Source: Thermoanaerobaculia bacterium
GTDB taxonomy: Bacteria > Acidobacteriota > Thermoanaerobaculia > UBA5066 > Gp7-AA6
DNA length: 64,000 nt
Assembly: GCA_035498405.1 (NCBI GenBank)
Contig: DATKAE010000084.1
Span: forward strand, 3,539 to 67,538
Reading direction: 5' to 3'
Shown here: positions 25,956-36,185 of the stretch, piece by piece
Layout: each line of letters begins with the position of its first letter
Position numbering within the stretch: the first letter of the stretch is position 1
Notes under the pieces: generated by a model
Database searches by the model: none
Seen by the model: only the letters and a program-made list of their open reading frames with translations
Told to the model about the DNA's origin: nothing
Made by a program: the position numbers and the translations under genes

Positions 25956-26653
25956 TCGGCGTGGTCGATGTGGGCCGGAAAGCGTCGCCGAAGCTCACGC
26001 TTCTGCAGCGGCTCTATCTACCCGAGATCGCGCGGGGGATGGCCGTGACCCTGCGTCACCTCGTGCGCAACCTGGCGCACATCCGGAACCTGCCGACGAT
26101 CCTGTACCCCGAGCAGAAGCGGAATTACTCCGGCCGCTTTCGCGGCAAGCACATCTTGAAGACTCGCGAAGATGGGTCGCTCAAGTGTGTCGCCTGCTAC
26201 ATGTGTCAGCAGGCCTGCCCCGCCGAGTGCATCACGATCGTCGCGGGGGAGCATCCCAAGATCGCTTACGAGAAATACCCCGTTGTGTTCGACATCGACA
26301 TGCTGCGCTGCGTCTTCTGCGGGTTCTGTGTGGACGCCTGCCCCAAGGACGCGATTTGGATGACGCGCGACTACGAGCTGGCGTTCTTCTCGCGGGAGGA
26401 GGCCGTGTTTTCGATCGACCGGCTGACCGAGAAGCCCGGCCTTCCCGTCAAGGACGGGTACGGCTACCGCCCCTATTACCCGGGCGACGGCACCAATCCG
26501 CCGCGGGACTCCTCGGCCGTGCCGGTGATACCGGGAGACGGTGACCGGGACCTGCTACGAGAGAAGGCGATCCCGTTGGTCGCGCGGCAAGCCGGGCCGG
26601 GCCCGTTGAACGCCCCGTCTCAGGCGGAAGCGGCCGAAAGGCATTCTCCCTAG
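25952..26653 (+). CDS. nuoI: NADH-quinone oxidoreductase subunit I (2x[4Fe-4S]) with C-terminal extension
   Basis: ATGA overlap with nuoCD. CVACYMCQQACP and CVFCGFCVDACP motifs. About 70-80 extra C-terminal residues rich in P/G/D. Confidence 0.85.
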   Translation: MIGVVDVGRKASPKLTLLQRLYLPEIARGMAVTLRHLVRNLAHIRNLPTILYPEQKRNYSGRFRGKHILKTREDGSLKCVACYMCQQACPAECITIVAGEHPKIAYEKYPVVFDIDMLRCVFCGFCVDACPKDAIWMTRDYELAFFSREEAVFSIDRLTEKPGLPVKDGYGYRPYYPGDGTNPPRDSSAVPVIPGDGDRDLLREKAIPLVARQAGPGPLNAPSQAEAAERHSP

Positions 26654-26683
26654 AGCGGCCGCGGGCGGCGGACCGAGGTCTCG

Positions 26684-28882
26684 CTACGGACCCGGTCCGA
26701 CGCGCTCGACCCGCACGAGCGTGTTGTAGTCCGGCTCGAGCGATTCCGGGTCAAGGGCGTCCGAGAGCAACCCCATCGCTTCCGGCCAGTGCACCTCGAG
26801 GTTGCCGGGTTTGATGGGAGAAAGGCGCGCTCGTCCGAGGAACTGCCCGGTGTCGGAGACCAGACGCAACTCGTCGCCATCGGAGACCCCGAGCGCCCGG
26901 GCGTCGGCGTCGGAGATCAACACGTCCCGGCGCGCCGCTCCGGTCAAGGGGTCGGTCTGCCGCAGCACCATGGAGTTGAACTGCTTTCCGCGGCGTGTGG
27001 AGAGGAACTTCGTCCCGGCGAGCCGTTGCCGCACAGGGAGTCCCACGGGCAGGAAGCGCGCGCGTCCGTCCGGCGTGCCGAAGCGGCCGTCCTCGAACAG
27101 ACGTTCCCCTCCCCATTGCATCTGGTCGCCGGCCCTCTCGAGCGCCTCGATCCCGCCGTAGAGGGGAATGGCGCGTCCGATCTCCTGCCGGATCGCGGAG
27201 GTGGAGGCGAAAGCCATCCGATCGGCCTGCCGCGGGCGGGCGCTCCGGACGACCTCGGCGAGCACCTCCCACTCGGGGCGGGCGTTCGGGATCCGGCGGC
27301 CCGGGATCTCGGGGGAGAAGATAATCCGGCGCTCCGTCGAGGTCTCGGTCACGCCTCCGGGCGTCTCGTACCGGGTGGCCGCGGGAAGAACGAGGACCGT
27401 GTCGGATGGGTCGGCCAGCATTGCCGTTGTGAGCACGATGTCCTGATGGATTCGCAGGGCCGGCCGCTCGAGAGCGGCGCGGCTTCGCCTCTGGTCGGGC
27501 AGTGTCTCCAAGAAGTTACCTCCCAGGATCCAGAACACGTCGATTCGGCCGTCCGCGGCGGCCTCGATCTGCTCGACCGTGGCCATTCCGGGGAAGCGCG
27601 GCGGGTCAAAACCCCAGACTCTCGCCCAGCGCTCTTGGGTGGGCCGGTCCACATTCGGGATGCATCCGACTTCCGCTCCGCCCTGGACGCCCGAATGCCC
27701 GCGGATCGGCATGAGACCGCACCCCGCGCGCCCCGGAAGTCCGCGGGCGAGGCCGACGTTGACGAGCGCGCGAATCGTGCCGGCCCCGTGCGTGTGCTGG
27801 GTCAGGCCCATCGACCAGACGAAGTTGGCCCTGGGTCGCGCCGTGAGGAGCCTCGCGAACTCTCGCATCGCTCGAGCGGTCGCGCCGCTCGATTCCTCCA
27901 GCGATTCCCAACTCTGTCCGCGCACGGTCTCGGCCGCCTCCTCGAAGCCCGAGGTTCGGCTCTGCACGAACTCGGCGTCGATGCCCCCCGGCTCTTCCAG
28001 CAAAGCCTTGAGCACGCCGTTCAAGAAGGCGAGATCGCCGCCGGTATCCACCTCGAACCAGTGATCCGTGAGCTTCGTGCCGAAGAGCGCGCTCTCGAAC
28101 ACCGAAGGGACCCAGTAGCGCTCGAGTCCGGGCTCTCGGTAGGGGTTGACGACGGCGATCGACGCCCCGGCCTTCTTGGCCTCGTAGAGGTACTTGGTCG
28201 TGACCGGCTGATTGTTCGGCACGTTCGATCCGAAGAAGACGATCAGGTCGGACCCGATCCAGTCGCGGTACGAGCCGGTCGATGCCCCGTAACCGAGAGT
28301 CGCTTTCATCGCCGCGGTCGACGCCGCATGGCAGAGCCGGGCCGAGTTGTCCACGTGGTTGGTTCCGAGCAGGCGCGCCGCCTTCTGGGCCACGTAATAC
28401 GTCTCGTTGGGAATGCCGCGAGAGGTGAGGTAGAAGGCGATTCGGTTCGGGTCCGCCGCCCGCAGCCGGCCGGCCGCGATGCCGACGGCCTCGCTCCACG
28501 AAATGACCGAAAACCCCTTCTCGCCCCGCCGCCGCCGCATCGGGTGGGACAGCCTCCCCAACGCGCGCAACTCTTGCGAGGAGCGTGAGGCCAGGGCGCC
28601 GGCGTCGGCCAGCCGTTTGGGATCGAGCGCCGGCATGGTGTTCAGGCGGAGCAACTCCAGCCGCACCATGCACAGATGGGTACCGCGAATCGTCCAGTCG
28701 CGCATTCCGGTGGTGCCGAGCGAGCAGCCGTCGCAGACCCCGCGCCGCAGGATCCGCCAGGCGAAAGGAATCTCGTCCCGGTTCTCCCAAGCGATCCGGG
28801 CCATCTCGCGGAAGTGGTGGGGCTTGGTCTTGCCGAGGCCGGCCAAGGAGAGGGAGGCCCAGCGCGACCGGTCGAACGCCAT
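26684..28882 (-). CDS. FdhF/YdeP-family molybdopterin oxidoreductase
   Basis: Trimmed to ATG 28882 (MAFDRSRW...). KPHHFREMARIAWENRDEIPFAWRILRRGVCDGCSLGTTG...LLRLNTM matches my memory of the YdeP-type N-terminus. Molybdopterin-binding body and C-terminal beta-barrel domain. Confidence 0.75.
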   Translation of the reverse strand: MAFDRSRWASLSLAGLGKTKPHHFREMARIAWENRDEIPFAWRILRRGVCDGCSLGTTGMRDWTIRGTHLCMVRLELLRLNTMPALDPKRLADAGALASRSSQELRALGRLSHPMRRRRGEKGFSVISWSEAVGIAAGRLRAADPNRIAFYLTSRGIPNETYYVAQKAARLLGTNHVDNSARLCHAASTAAMKATLGYGASTGSYRDWIGSDLIVFFGSNVPNNQPVTTKYLYEAKKAGASIAVVNPYREPGLERYWVPSVFESALFGTKLTDHWFEVDTGGDLAFLNGVLKALLEEPGGIDAEFVQSRTSGFEEAAETVRGQSWESLEESSGATARAMREFARLLTARPRANFVWSMGLTQHTHGAGTIRALVNVGLARGLPGRAGCGLMPIRGHSGVQGGAEVGCIPNVDRPTQERWARVWGFDPPRFPGMATVEQIEAAADGRIDVFWILGGNFLETLPDQRRSRAALERPALRIHQDIVLTTAMLADPSDTVLVLPAATRYETPGGVTETSTERRIIFSPEIPGRRIPNARPEWEVLAEVVRSARPRQADRMAFASTSAIRQEIGRAIPLYGGIEALERAGDQMQWGGERLFEDGRFGTPDGRARFLPVGLPVRQRLAGTKFLSTRRGKQFNSMVLRQTDPLTGAARRDVLISDADARALGVSDGDELRLVSDTGQFLGRARLSPIKPGNLEVHWPEAMGLLSDALDPESLEPDYNTLVRVERVGPGP

Positions 28883-28938
28883 CGAGACGAATTGTAAGAG
28901 AAAGCGCGCGGGCCCGCGTGGAGGGTCTCGGCGTCGTG

Positions 28939-29433
28939 CTACGGGTGCGTGTGCGTCGGGGGATGACCGTCGGTCTTGAAGGCCGACTCGACGAGCAGGA
29001 CGATCTCGTCGTCGGAGGCACCCTTCTGCTTCAGCTCCGCGGCCATGAGGGCCTCGCGCATGCAGATGCCGCACCCCGCCGCATGCTTGTCCGTGAAGCA
29101 GGTCAGGAGCGTCTTGTGATGGAACTGGGGGCTCTCGGCGCACTCGCAAAAACAGTGCAGGCGGTCGACGGTCGCCGGAATCTGGCGAGCGACCTGGTAG
29201 GACGGCTGGACCGAGGGCTCGTAGATCCGCCGGTCGGTGAAGAGCGCCGGGTCGAGCGTGGGGCGGCGCTCGACGCAGGTCTTGCAGCCGTTTGTCGCGG
29301 CGGTCGCCGCCGGTGCCGGAGTGGCCTTCTTGGCGCCGGTCGAGGAGGTCTTGTCCGCGCCGAGAGCGAGGGCCGCCAACAGGACGGAGAGACCGATGGG
29401 CGCGAGGCGCAGGGTCATGGGTATGGCGCTCAC
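28939..29433 (-). CDS. Exported Cys-rich protein, PCYCGC-motif-like family
   Basis: Signal/lipoprotein-like N-terminus. HCFCECAES...H...CF.DKHAAGCGICM cysteine pattern. Family assignment is from memory. Confidence 0.5.
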   Translation of the reverse strand: MSAIPMTLRLAPIGLSVLLAALALGADKTSSTGAKKATPAPAATAATNGCKTCVERRPTLDPALFTDRRIYEPSVQPSYQVARQIPATVDRLHCFCECAESPQFHHKTLLTCFTDKHAAGCGICMREALMAAELKQKGASDDEIVLLVESAFKTDGHPPTHTHP

Positions 29434-29498
29434 GACTCGAGAAACCTTCGCGCCGGCCGGAAACTTCCCGAAAGAATCGCCCGGCGCCGCGCGGGGCT

Positions 29499-30542
29499 CT
29501 ACCGGAGCTCGTCCATCATCGCGGCGAGGGCCTCGCGCGGGGGACGCAGGCGGTCCATCGGCAGCGAAATGAGCGGCTCGTCGGGCAGCCCGAGCAGCGA
29601 CAGGAAGTCCTTCTTGGTCGGCTCCACGTAGATCAGGCCGGTCAGGAACTCGCCCTTCTCCTGGGCCTCGCGCAGCAATTCGAAGGCTTTGCCCTTCTCG
29701 GTCGGGTCGAAGTCCGCCCGCAGCTTCTTGAGCCGGATGTGCGAGCCGTCGTGAAGGGTGACGTCCTGTGTCGTGCCGGGGTCGTAGTCCACTTTGATCT
29801 CTTCGAAATAGGGGATGAAGCCGATTTCCTGAATCGGCTCCTCATGATCCTTGGCCCATTTGTACGATTTGGTCGAGGTCTCGTGGTTGTTGAACGTGAC
29901 GCAGGGGGAAATCACGTCGAGCAGCGCCGTGCCTCGATGAGCGATGGCGCCCTTGATCAAGGCCACGAGCTGCTTCATGTCGCCGGAGAACGAACGTGCC
30001 ACGTACCCGCACCCGAGCTCGATCGCCAGGGCGCACAGGTCGATCGCCGGCAGGTCGTTGACGACTCCCGTCTTCAGCTGCGAGCCCAGGTCCGCCGTCG
30101 CGGAAAACTGGCCCTTGGTCAGGCCGTAGACACCGTTGTTCTCGACGATGTAAACCATGGGTACGTTGCGCCGCAGCAGGTGCACGAACTGGCCCGCGCC
30201 GATCGAGGCCGTGTCGCCGTCGCCCGAGACACCCACGCAGAGGAGCGTCGGATTGGCCAGGGCGGCCCCCGTCGCGATTGCCGGCATCCGGCCATGCACG
30301 GCGTTGAATCCGTGCCCGCGGTCGGCGAAGTAGGCCGTCGTCTTCGATGAGCATCCGATCCCGGACATCTTCCCAACCTTGAACGGCGGCACCCCCATTT
30401 CGTAGAGGGCCTGCGTGATCTGGCGGGTGATGACGTCGTGCCCGCATCCCACGCAGAGCGTGGACTTCAAGCCGCCGTACTCCTTGACGGTCAGCCCAAT
30501 CCGGTTGGTCGGGACTCCCTTCGGCTCTGCAACGGTGGACAT
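29499..30542 (-). CDS. korB: 2-oxoacid:ferredoxin oxidoreductase beta subunit (TPP-binding)
   Basis: CVGCGHD N-terminus, GIGCSS, VSGDGD TPP motif. Directly adjacent to the alpha-subunit gene. Confidence 0.85.
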   Translation of the reverse strand: MSTVAEPKGVPTNRIGLTVKEYGGLKSTLCVGCGHDVITRQITQALYEMGVPPFKVGKMSGIGCSSKTTAYFADRGHGFNAVHGRMPAIATGAALANPTLLCVGVSGDGDTASIGAGQFVHLLRRNVPMVYIVENNGVYGLTKGQFSATADLGSQLKTGVVNDLPAIDLCALAIELGCGYVARSFSGDMKQLVALIKGAIAHRGTALLDVISPCVTFNNHETSTKSYKWAKDHEEPIQEIGFIPYFEEIKVDYDPGTTQDVTLHDGSHIRLKKLRADFDPTEKGKAFELLREAQEKGEFLTGLIYVEPTKKDFLSLLGLPDEPLISLPMDRLRPPREALAAMMDELR

Positions 30543-32392
30543 CAGAGTCTCTCCCCGGCTTCGATCCCCTCGATCACGGTCTCGGCGTCGAGCGGAAAGC
30601 CGTCGTAATGGCGGATGGAGCGAAGTTTCGGAACGTCGGCGGCCGGGATCTCCAGGCGCAGGAGGTCGTGCATTTGTCCGTCCCGATTCTGGTCGACGAC
30701 GTAAACGTGGTCGTGGTTCGCGACGAACGCGAACGTCTCCTCGGTCAAGGGCAGCGCCCGCAGCCGAAGCGAGTCGGCGCGCAGGCCCTTGCGGGCGAGC
30801 AAGTGCCGGGCCTCCTGAACGGCGAAATCCGAGGATCCATAGGCGACGACGCCGACCCGCGAACCCGAGCCGTCCACCTCAGGCTTCGGCACCGCGCGGC
30901 GCGCGGTTTCGAACTTCCTGGCGATCCGATCCATGTTGCGCCGGTAATCGTCCGGACGCTCGGTGTAGGTGGCGCGCTCCGAGTGCCCGGATCCACGCGT
31001 GAAGTAAGCGGCGGCGAGATTGTCGATGACGCCCGGCAGCGTCCGGTAGGGGATCCCGTCGCCATCCACGTCCTTGTAACGGGCGAATTCCTTGAACTTC
31101 CGGACATGCTCCTTGAGCTCGTCCTCCGTGCGGATCACCTTGCCCCGGTCCATCGGCTTATCGATGTAGGGGAAGGGATCGGACATCCAGTTGTTCATGC
31201 CGAGATCGAGGTCGGTCATGACGAACACGGGTGTCTGGAATCGTTCGGCAAGATCGAAGGCTTCCGCGGTGAGCGTGTAGCACTCATGGACCGAGCCCGG
31301 AATCAGCAGGATGTGCTTGGTGTCGCCGTGGGACAAGAAATACGTCGTCAGGATGTCGCCCTGCATCGTGCGCGTCGGCAGACCCGTGGAGGGGCCGACC
31401 CTCTGGACGTCCACGATGACCGCCGGCACCTCGGCGTAGTAGCCGAGGCCGACGAATTCCGCCATGAGCGAAATTCCGGGTCCCGAGGTCGTCGTCATCG
31501 CGCGCGCGCCTGCCCATCCCGCGCCGAGGACCATGCCGACCGCGGCGAGCTCATCCTCCGCCTGCACGATCGCGCAGGTCGGCTTGCCCGTGGCCGGATC
31601 CTTCCGGTGGCGCTTGGCGTACTCGATCAACGCCTCCGCCAGGGAGGAAGAGGGCGTGATCGGGTACCACGAGACCACTTGCACGCCGCCCATGACCGCC
31701 CCGATGGCCGACGCGGCGTTGCCGTCGATGATGATTTTGCCAGCCGTCGCGTTCATGCGCTCGAGCCGGTAAGGATCTTGCTTCGTCAGGTTCTTGGACG
31801 CCCACTCGAATCCGCCCTGGATCGCCTTGTTGTTGATTTCGACGGCTTTCTCCTTTCCCTTGAATTGCTTGACGACCGCGCGGCGGATCTCTTCCATGTC
31901 GATGTCGAGCAGCCAGGCGGCGACACCGACGTAAATCATGTTGACCGCCAGCCGCCGCAGCTTCCCGTCGTGAACGAGCTCGAGAACGAGCTTTTGGAAC
32001 GGAACCGGATAGAACTGCACGTCGTCGCGCAGCGTTTTCAGGTTCAGGCTCTCCTCGTAAACTACCGCGGCGCCCGGGTGAGCCGTCCTCACATCCTCGT
32101 GCGCCGTCTCGGGATTCATGCAGATGAGCACGCCGATGTCCCGGCGCCGGGCGATGAACCCCTCGCGCGACGCCCGGATCGTGAACCAGGTCGGAAGTCC
32201 TTGGATGTTGGAGGGAAACAGGTTCTTGCCCGAGACGGGGATTCCCATCTGAAAGATGGCCCTCATCAGGATGTTGTTCGAGGACATGCTTCCCGAACCG
32301 TTGGCCGTGGCGACGTGGATCGAGAAATCATTGACGACCGGGCGGCGACCCGCCTCGGCGGTCGCCTTGTCTTCCAGGACGGCGGTGGACAT
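30542..32392 (-). CDS. korA: 2-oxoacid:ferredoxin oxidoreductase alpha subunit
   Basis: 616 aa. N-terminal gamma-like domain plus pyrimidine-binding domain (GNAASAIGAVMGG...YPITPSS). Confidence 0.85.
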   Translation of the reverse strand: MSTAVLEDKATAEAGRRPVVNDFSIHVATANGSGSMSSNNILMRAIFQMGIPVSGKNLFPSNIQGLPTWFTIRASREGFIARRRDIGVLICMNPETAHEDVRTAHPGAAVVYEESLNLKTLRDDVQFYPVPFQKLVLELVHDGKLRRLAVNMIYVGVAAWLLDIDMEEIRRAVVKQFKGKEKAVEINNKAIQGGFEWASKNLTKQDPYRLERMNATAGKIIIDGNAASAIGAVMGGVQVVSWYPITPSSSLAEALIEYAKRHRKDPATGKPTCAIVQAEDELAAVGMVLGAGWAGARAMTTTSGPGISLMAEFVGLGYYAEVPAVIVDVQRVGPSTGLPTRTMQGDILTTYFLSHGDTKHILLIPGSVHECYTLTAEAFDLAERFQTPVFVMTDLDLGMNNWMSDPFPYIDKPMDRGKVIRTEDELKEHVRKFKEFARYKDVDGDGIPYRTLPGVIDNLAAAYFTRGSGHSERATYTERPDDYRRNMDRIARKFETARRAVPKPEVDGSGSRVGVVAYGSSDFAVQEARHLLARKGLRADSLRLRALPLTEETFAFVANHDHVYVVDQNRDGQMHDLLRLEIPAADVPKLRSIRHYDGFPLDAETVIEGIEAGERL

Positions 32393-32497
32393 GTGTCTCC
32401 TTTAGCCGATCGCAGACGTCGGGGCTCGAAATGATATCAAACGAGAGAGCGGGGACGAGGCTTCGACCCTGCATAGAATGCGCGCCCGGAGGCATCG

Positions 32498-34570
32498 ATG
32501 CGACGTTCACGCCTGCTTCTGACCACGGCCCTGGGAATCGGCCTCGCGGCGGCCGCCCGCGGCGAACACCCGTTCCGTTTCGACGACCTGGCGCGCGTGG
32601 AGCGCTTGACCACGTTTTGCTTGTCGCCCGACGGAAAGCGCCTCGCCTATGCCGTCACCATCCCCGACGTCGAGGAGAACGGGTCTCGCTCGGCCATTTG
32701 GATCCAAACCGCCGGGGGCGGCGAGCCGCTCCGCCTCACGTCGGGTCAGGCAAGGGATTCCGATCCGCTCTTCTCCCCGGACGGCCGGTTTCTCGCCTTC
32801 CTGTCGAACCGGGATGGCCGGTCCCAGATCTGGGCGATCGATCTGGCCGGGGGCGAGCCTCGCAGGGCCACGTCCTTTCCGAGCGACATCGCCGCCTTTC
32901 GCTGGTCGCCCGACGGAAAGTGGCTGGTCTTCACCGCGGACACCTTTCCGGACTGCTCGGAGGCGGGCTGCATCGAGGCGAGGCTGAAGAGTCGGGAAAA
33001 ATCGAAGATCAAGGCGCGCATCGCCGAGCGCCTGCTCTACCGGCACTGGGACTCCTGGAAGGATGGAATGCGGACGCACATTTGGAAGGCCCCCGCGGAT
33101 GGCGGAACAGCGGTGGACCTGACTCCGGGCGACCTCGACGCCCCGGCCTTCGGCGCCGACCATGACTTCCGGGTTTCATCCGATGGTCGGGAGCTGCTCT
33201 ACGCCTCCAACCCCGACAAGGTGGAGGCTCTTTCGACGAATTCGGACGTGTGGGTCGCCTCCTTCGACGGCGCGGGCTCTCCTCGGGACCTGACCGCCGA
33301 CAACCACGCCTTCGACGGCACGCCGCGTTACTCGCCCGACGGCAAGTGGATCGCCTATCGAGCCCAGAAGCGGCCGGGCTTCGAGGCGGACCGCTTCGAG
33401 CTGATGGTCTACGACCGGGCGGCCAAGCGGACGCGCTCCCTGACCTCCGAGTTCGACAATTGGGTGGAGGAATTCGAGTGGTCGCCGGACTCGAAGTGGC
33501 TGTATTTCGTGGCGCAAGTCGCGGCCCGCGGCAACATCTATCGAGTGCCGGTCGCCGGCGGCGCCGTTGAGGAACTCTGGAAGGGCGGGACCGCGACGAA
33601 TCTGCTCTTTTCGCCCGACGGGAGTCGGCTCTACTTCTCGGCGAGCTCCTTCACACAACCGGCGGACATCTGGAGCCTCGGAGCGGACGGTCGGGGCCCG
33701 CGGACCGAGACGAGGTTGAACGCGGCCTTGCTTTCGGAAGCCAAGCGCGGCACCGTGCTCGAGCGCTGGGTGTCCTCCGCAGACGGCCGGCGGCTGCAGG
33801 GCTGGCTGATCCTGCCTCCGGGCTTCGACCCCGCCCGGACGTATCCGGCGGTCTTCTTCGTCCACGGCGGCCCGCAGGTGCCCATGTCCGACGCTTGGTC
33901 GTACCGGTGGAACCTCGAGGGGTTCGCGGGCTACGGCTACGTCGTCTACGCGGGCAATCCGCGGGGTTCGCCCGGCTTCGGTCAGCAGTTCGTCGACGAG
34001 ATCAGCCGCGACTGGGGCGGACGCGTCTACGACGATCTGATGCGGCAGGCGGACGACCTGGAGTCCCTGTCCTACGTCGACAAGAAACGCATCGGAGCGG
34101 CCGGGGCCTCCTTCGGAGGCTACATGGTCGCCTGGATGCTGGGACACACGACGCGCTTTGCGGCGATGATCTGCCACGACGGCGACGTCGACCTGCCGGG
34201 TGGTCAGCTCGCGACCGAGGAGCTCTGGTTTCCCAAGTGGGAGCTCGGGGGCTGGCCCTGGGAATCGGACCTCTACGAGAAGTGGAACCCGATTCGCTTC
34301 GCGGGCAAGTTTCAGACGCCCACTCTCGTCGTCACCAACGAGAAGGACTACCGTGTCCCCTTCGAGCAGGGTCTCGAGCTCTTCACGGCCTTGCAGCTTA
34401 AAGAAGTCCCTTCCAAGCTCCTCGTCTTTCCCGACGAGGGTCACTGGGTCTTAAAACCCGGAAACGCCCTCTTCTGGCACAACGTCCTGGTCGACTGGCT
34501 GGCGAGGTGGCTGGGCGGCGCACCGGCGGATCCCAAGGTACTGGAGAAGGTTTACAGCGTCACCCGGTGA
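32498..34570 (+). CDS. S9-family serine peptidase (beta-propeller + alpha/beta hydrolase)
   Basis: Signal peptide, PD40-like repeats (SPDGK...), nucleophile motif GASFGGYM, and a C-terminal D...GH catalytic region. Confidence 0.85.
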   Translation: MRRSRLLLTTALGIGLAAAARGEHPFRFDDLARVERLTTFCLSPDGKRLAYAVTIPDVEENGSRSAIWIQTAGGGEPLRLTSGQARDSDPLFSPDGRFLAFLSNRDGRSQIWAIDLAGGEPRRATSFPSDIAAFRWSPDGKWLVFTADTFPDCSEAGCIEARLKSREKSKIKARIAERLLYRHWDSWKDGMRTHIWKAPADGGTAVDLTPGDLDAPAFGADHDFRVSSDGRELLYASNPDKVEALSTNSDVWVASFDGAGSPRDLTADNHAFDGTPRYSPDGKWIAYRAQKRPGFEADRFELMVYDRAAKRTRSLTSEFDNWVEEFEWSPDSKWLYFVAQVAARGNIYRVPVAGGAVEELWKGGTATNLLFSPDGSRLYFSASSFTQPADIWSLGADGRGPRTETRLNAALLSEAKRGTVLERWVSSADGRRLQGWLILPPGFDPARTYPAVFFVHGGPQVPMSDAWSYRWNLEGFAGYGYVVYAGNPRGSPGFGQQFVDEISRDWGGRVYDDLMRQADDLESLSYVDKKRIGAAGASFGGYMVAWMLGHTTRFAAMICHDGDVDLPGGQLATEELWFPKWELGGWPWESDLYEKWNPIRFAGKFQTPTLVVTNEKDYRVPFEQGLELFTALQLKEVPSKLLVFPDEGHWVLKPGNALFWHNVLVDWLARWLGGAPADPKVLEKVYSVTR

Positions 34571-34589
34571 GCGCGACTCCGCTCACCGG
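34564..34589. terminator. Perfect 10-bp stem hairpin between convergent genes
   Basis: CCGGTGAGCG-cgactc-CGCTCACCGG overlapping the peptidase stop codon. There is no T-tract, so function is uncertain. Confidence 0.35.
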
Positions 34590-34674
34590 AATGCCTTGAA
34601 ACGCCTCCTCCGTGGCCGGGCGGCTGACGGATGGCGGTGCGTGTCCGAGACCTGCCCGGCTTCGGGTAACCGCC

Positions 34675-36159
34675 TCAGCCCGCCGGCACGCATCGGCCGG
34701 CCGCCCAACTGCGCAGAGCGGCGATCGACTCGGCGCGCACGACCGACAGCGGACGAGTGGACCGGAGGGCGACGAGCAGGCCGGCGGTGTCCAGCGGAAC
34801 GCCGGCGGCCCGGGCTTCGTATAGCGCCGAGACGATGGCCTGCTCGATTTCGGCCCCCGAGAAGCCCGCGGCGGCATCGGCGAGCTTGGCGAGGTCGAAA
34901 CGGCTCGGGTCCTCGCTCCGGCGGGAGAGGTGAAGCCGGAAGATCTCCGCGCGAGCCGCCGTCTCCGGCAGGTCGACGAAGAAAATCTCGTCGACTCGAC
35001 CCTTGCGCACCATTTCGGGGGGCAGTTCCTGGACGGAGTTGGCGGTGAGAACGAGAAATACGTGGGCGGCGCGCTCCTGCATCCAGGTCAGAAGCGCCCC
35101 GAGCAGGCGCTTGGAGACGCCGCCATCGGTTTCGGTCGTGCGAACCGAGACGAAGGCCTTCTCGATCTCGTCGATCCAGAGCACGCAGGGAGCCATTCGC
35201 TCGACGCGTTTCAAGGCGTCGCGCAGGTTTCGTTCCGATTCCCCGATGTAGGGGGCGAGCAACCTTCCGGCGTCGAGCGAGAGCAGCGGCAATTCCCAGG
35301 AGGCCGCCACCGCCTTGGCGGCCAGGCTCTTGCCGCACCCCTGAACTCCCAGAAGCAGGATTCCCTTCGGGGGATCGAGCGGCTTCTGGCCGGCGGCGGG
35401 CAGGAAGCCGACGCGGCGGGTCGAGATCCACTTCTTCAACCGCTCCAGGCCTCCGATCTGGTCCATTCCGTCGGGAGCGGGCACGAACTCGAGCAGTCCC
35501 CCGCCCTCGACCAGCGCCTTCTTGCCCTCACGGATCTGAGCCCGGTCCGCGACCGTCAAGGCGTTGTCCTCGACGATCGCCCGCGCGAGCGCGCGCTCGG
35601 CCTCGAACAGCGAGAGACCGGAGAGGTCTGCGACCAGGCCATCGACGTCGTTCGAGGACAGGGCCACACGGGTGCCCGGGGTCTCGCGCAGAGTTCTCCG
35701 GATCGTTTGTGTGACGAGTTCTCGAAGCTCATCGGGTCCCGGCAAGTCGAACTCGAAGCGGACCGAGAGGTCTTCGAGCTCCGGCTTGGCGGGTAGGGTC
35801 GGGCCTACCAGCACGATCGTTCGGGCGGAGCCCTCGAATTCCTGTGCGACTTCCCGCAGCGCGCGCAGCGCCGAAGGATTCTCCAGATGGGCCTGCGGGT
35901 CCTTCAGCAGCCAGACGCCATCCTCGGCAACCGCCCGGACGTGGCGTAGCGCGACGGCGAGATCGACCGTCTTCGGCTGATCGGCCGGATGGCAGGGAGA
36001 GAGGCCGGATGCCGCGCTCCAGGTCCAGACCGGCATCGCGAGCTCGCCGGCGACGGCCCGCACCAGGGACTCGAAGCGCTTTTCCTCGACGGTCTGGCAG
36101 ACGACGAGGGGGTGTTTCGAGCGAAAGAGAAGGGCGAGGTCTCTGGCGGGAACGTCCAA
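34675..36159 (-). CDS. AAA+ ATPase (single AAA module with about 230-aa N-terminal domain)
   Basis: Walker A GVQGCGKS, Walker B VLWIDEIEK, and second region of homology. No partner genes nearby. Confidence 0.8.
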   Translation of the reverse strand: MDVPARDLALLFRSKHPLVVCQTVEEKRFESLVRAVAGELAMPVWTWSAASGLSPCHPADQPKTVDLAVALRHVRAVAEDGVWLLKDPQAHLENPSALRALREVAQEFEGSARTIVLVGPTLPAKPELEDLSVRFEFDLPGPDELRELVTQTIRRTLRETPGTRVALSSNDVDGLVADLSGLSLFEAERALARAIVEDNALTVADRAQIREGKKALVEGGGLLEFVPAPDGMDQIGGLERLKKWISTRRVGFLPAAGQKPLDPPKGILLLGVQGCGKSLAAKAVAASWELPLLSLDAGRLLAPYIGESERNLRDALKRVERMAPCVLWIDEIEKAFVSVRTTETDGGVSKRLLGALLTWMQERAAHVFLVLTANSVQELPPEMVRKGRVDEIFFVDLPETAARAEIFRLHLSRRSEDPSRFDLAKLADAAAGFSGAEIEQAIVSALYEARAAGVPLDTAGLLVALRSTRPLSVVRAESIAALRSWAAGRCVPAG

Positions 36160-36185
36160 GTGGCGACAGTGTAGCGGATCGCCGG

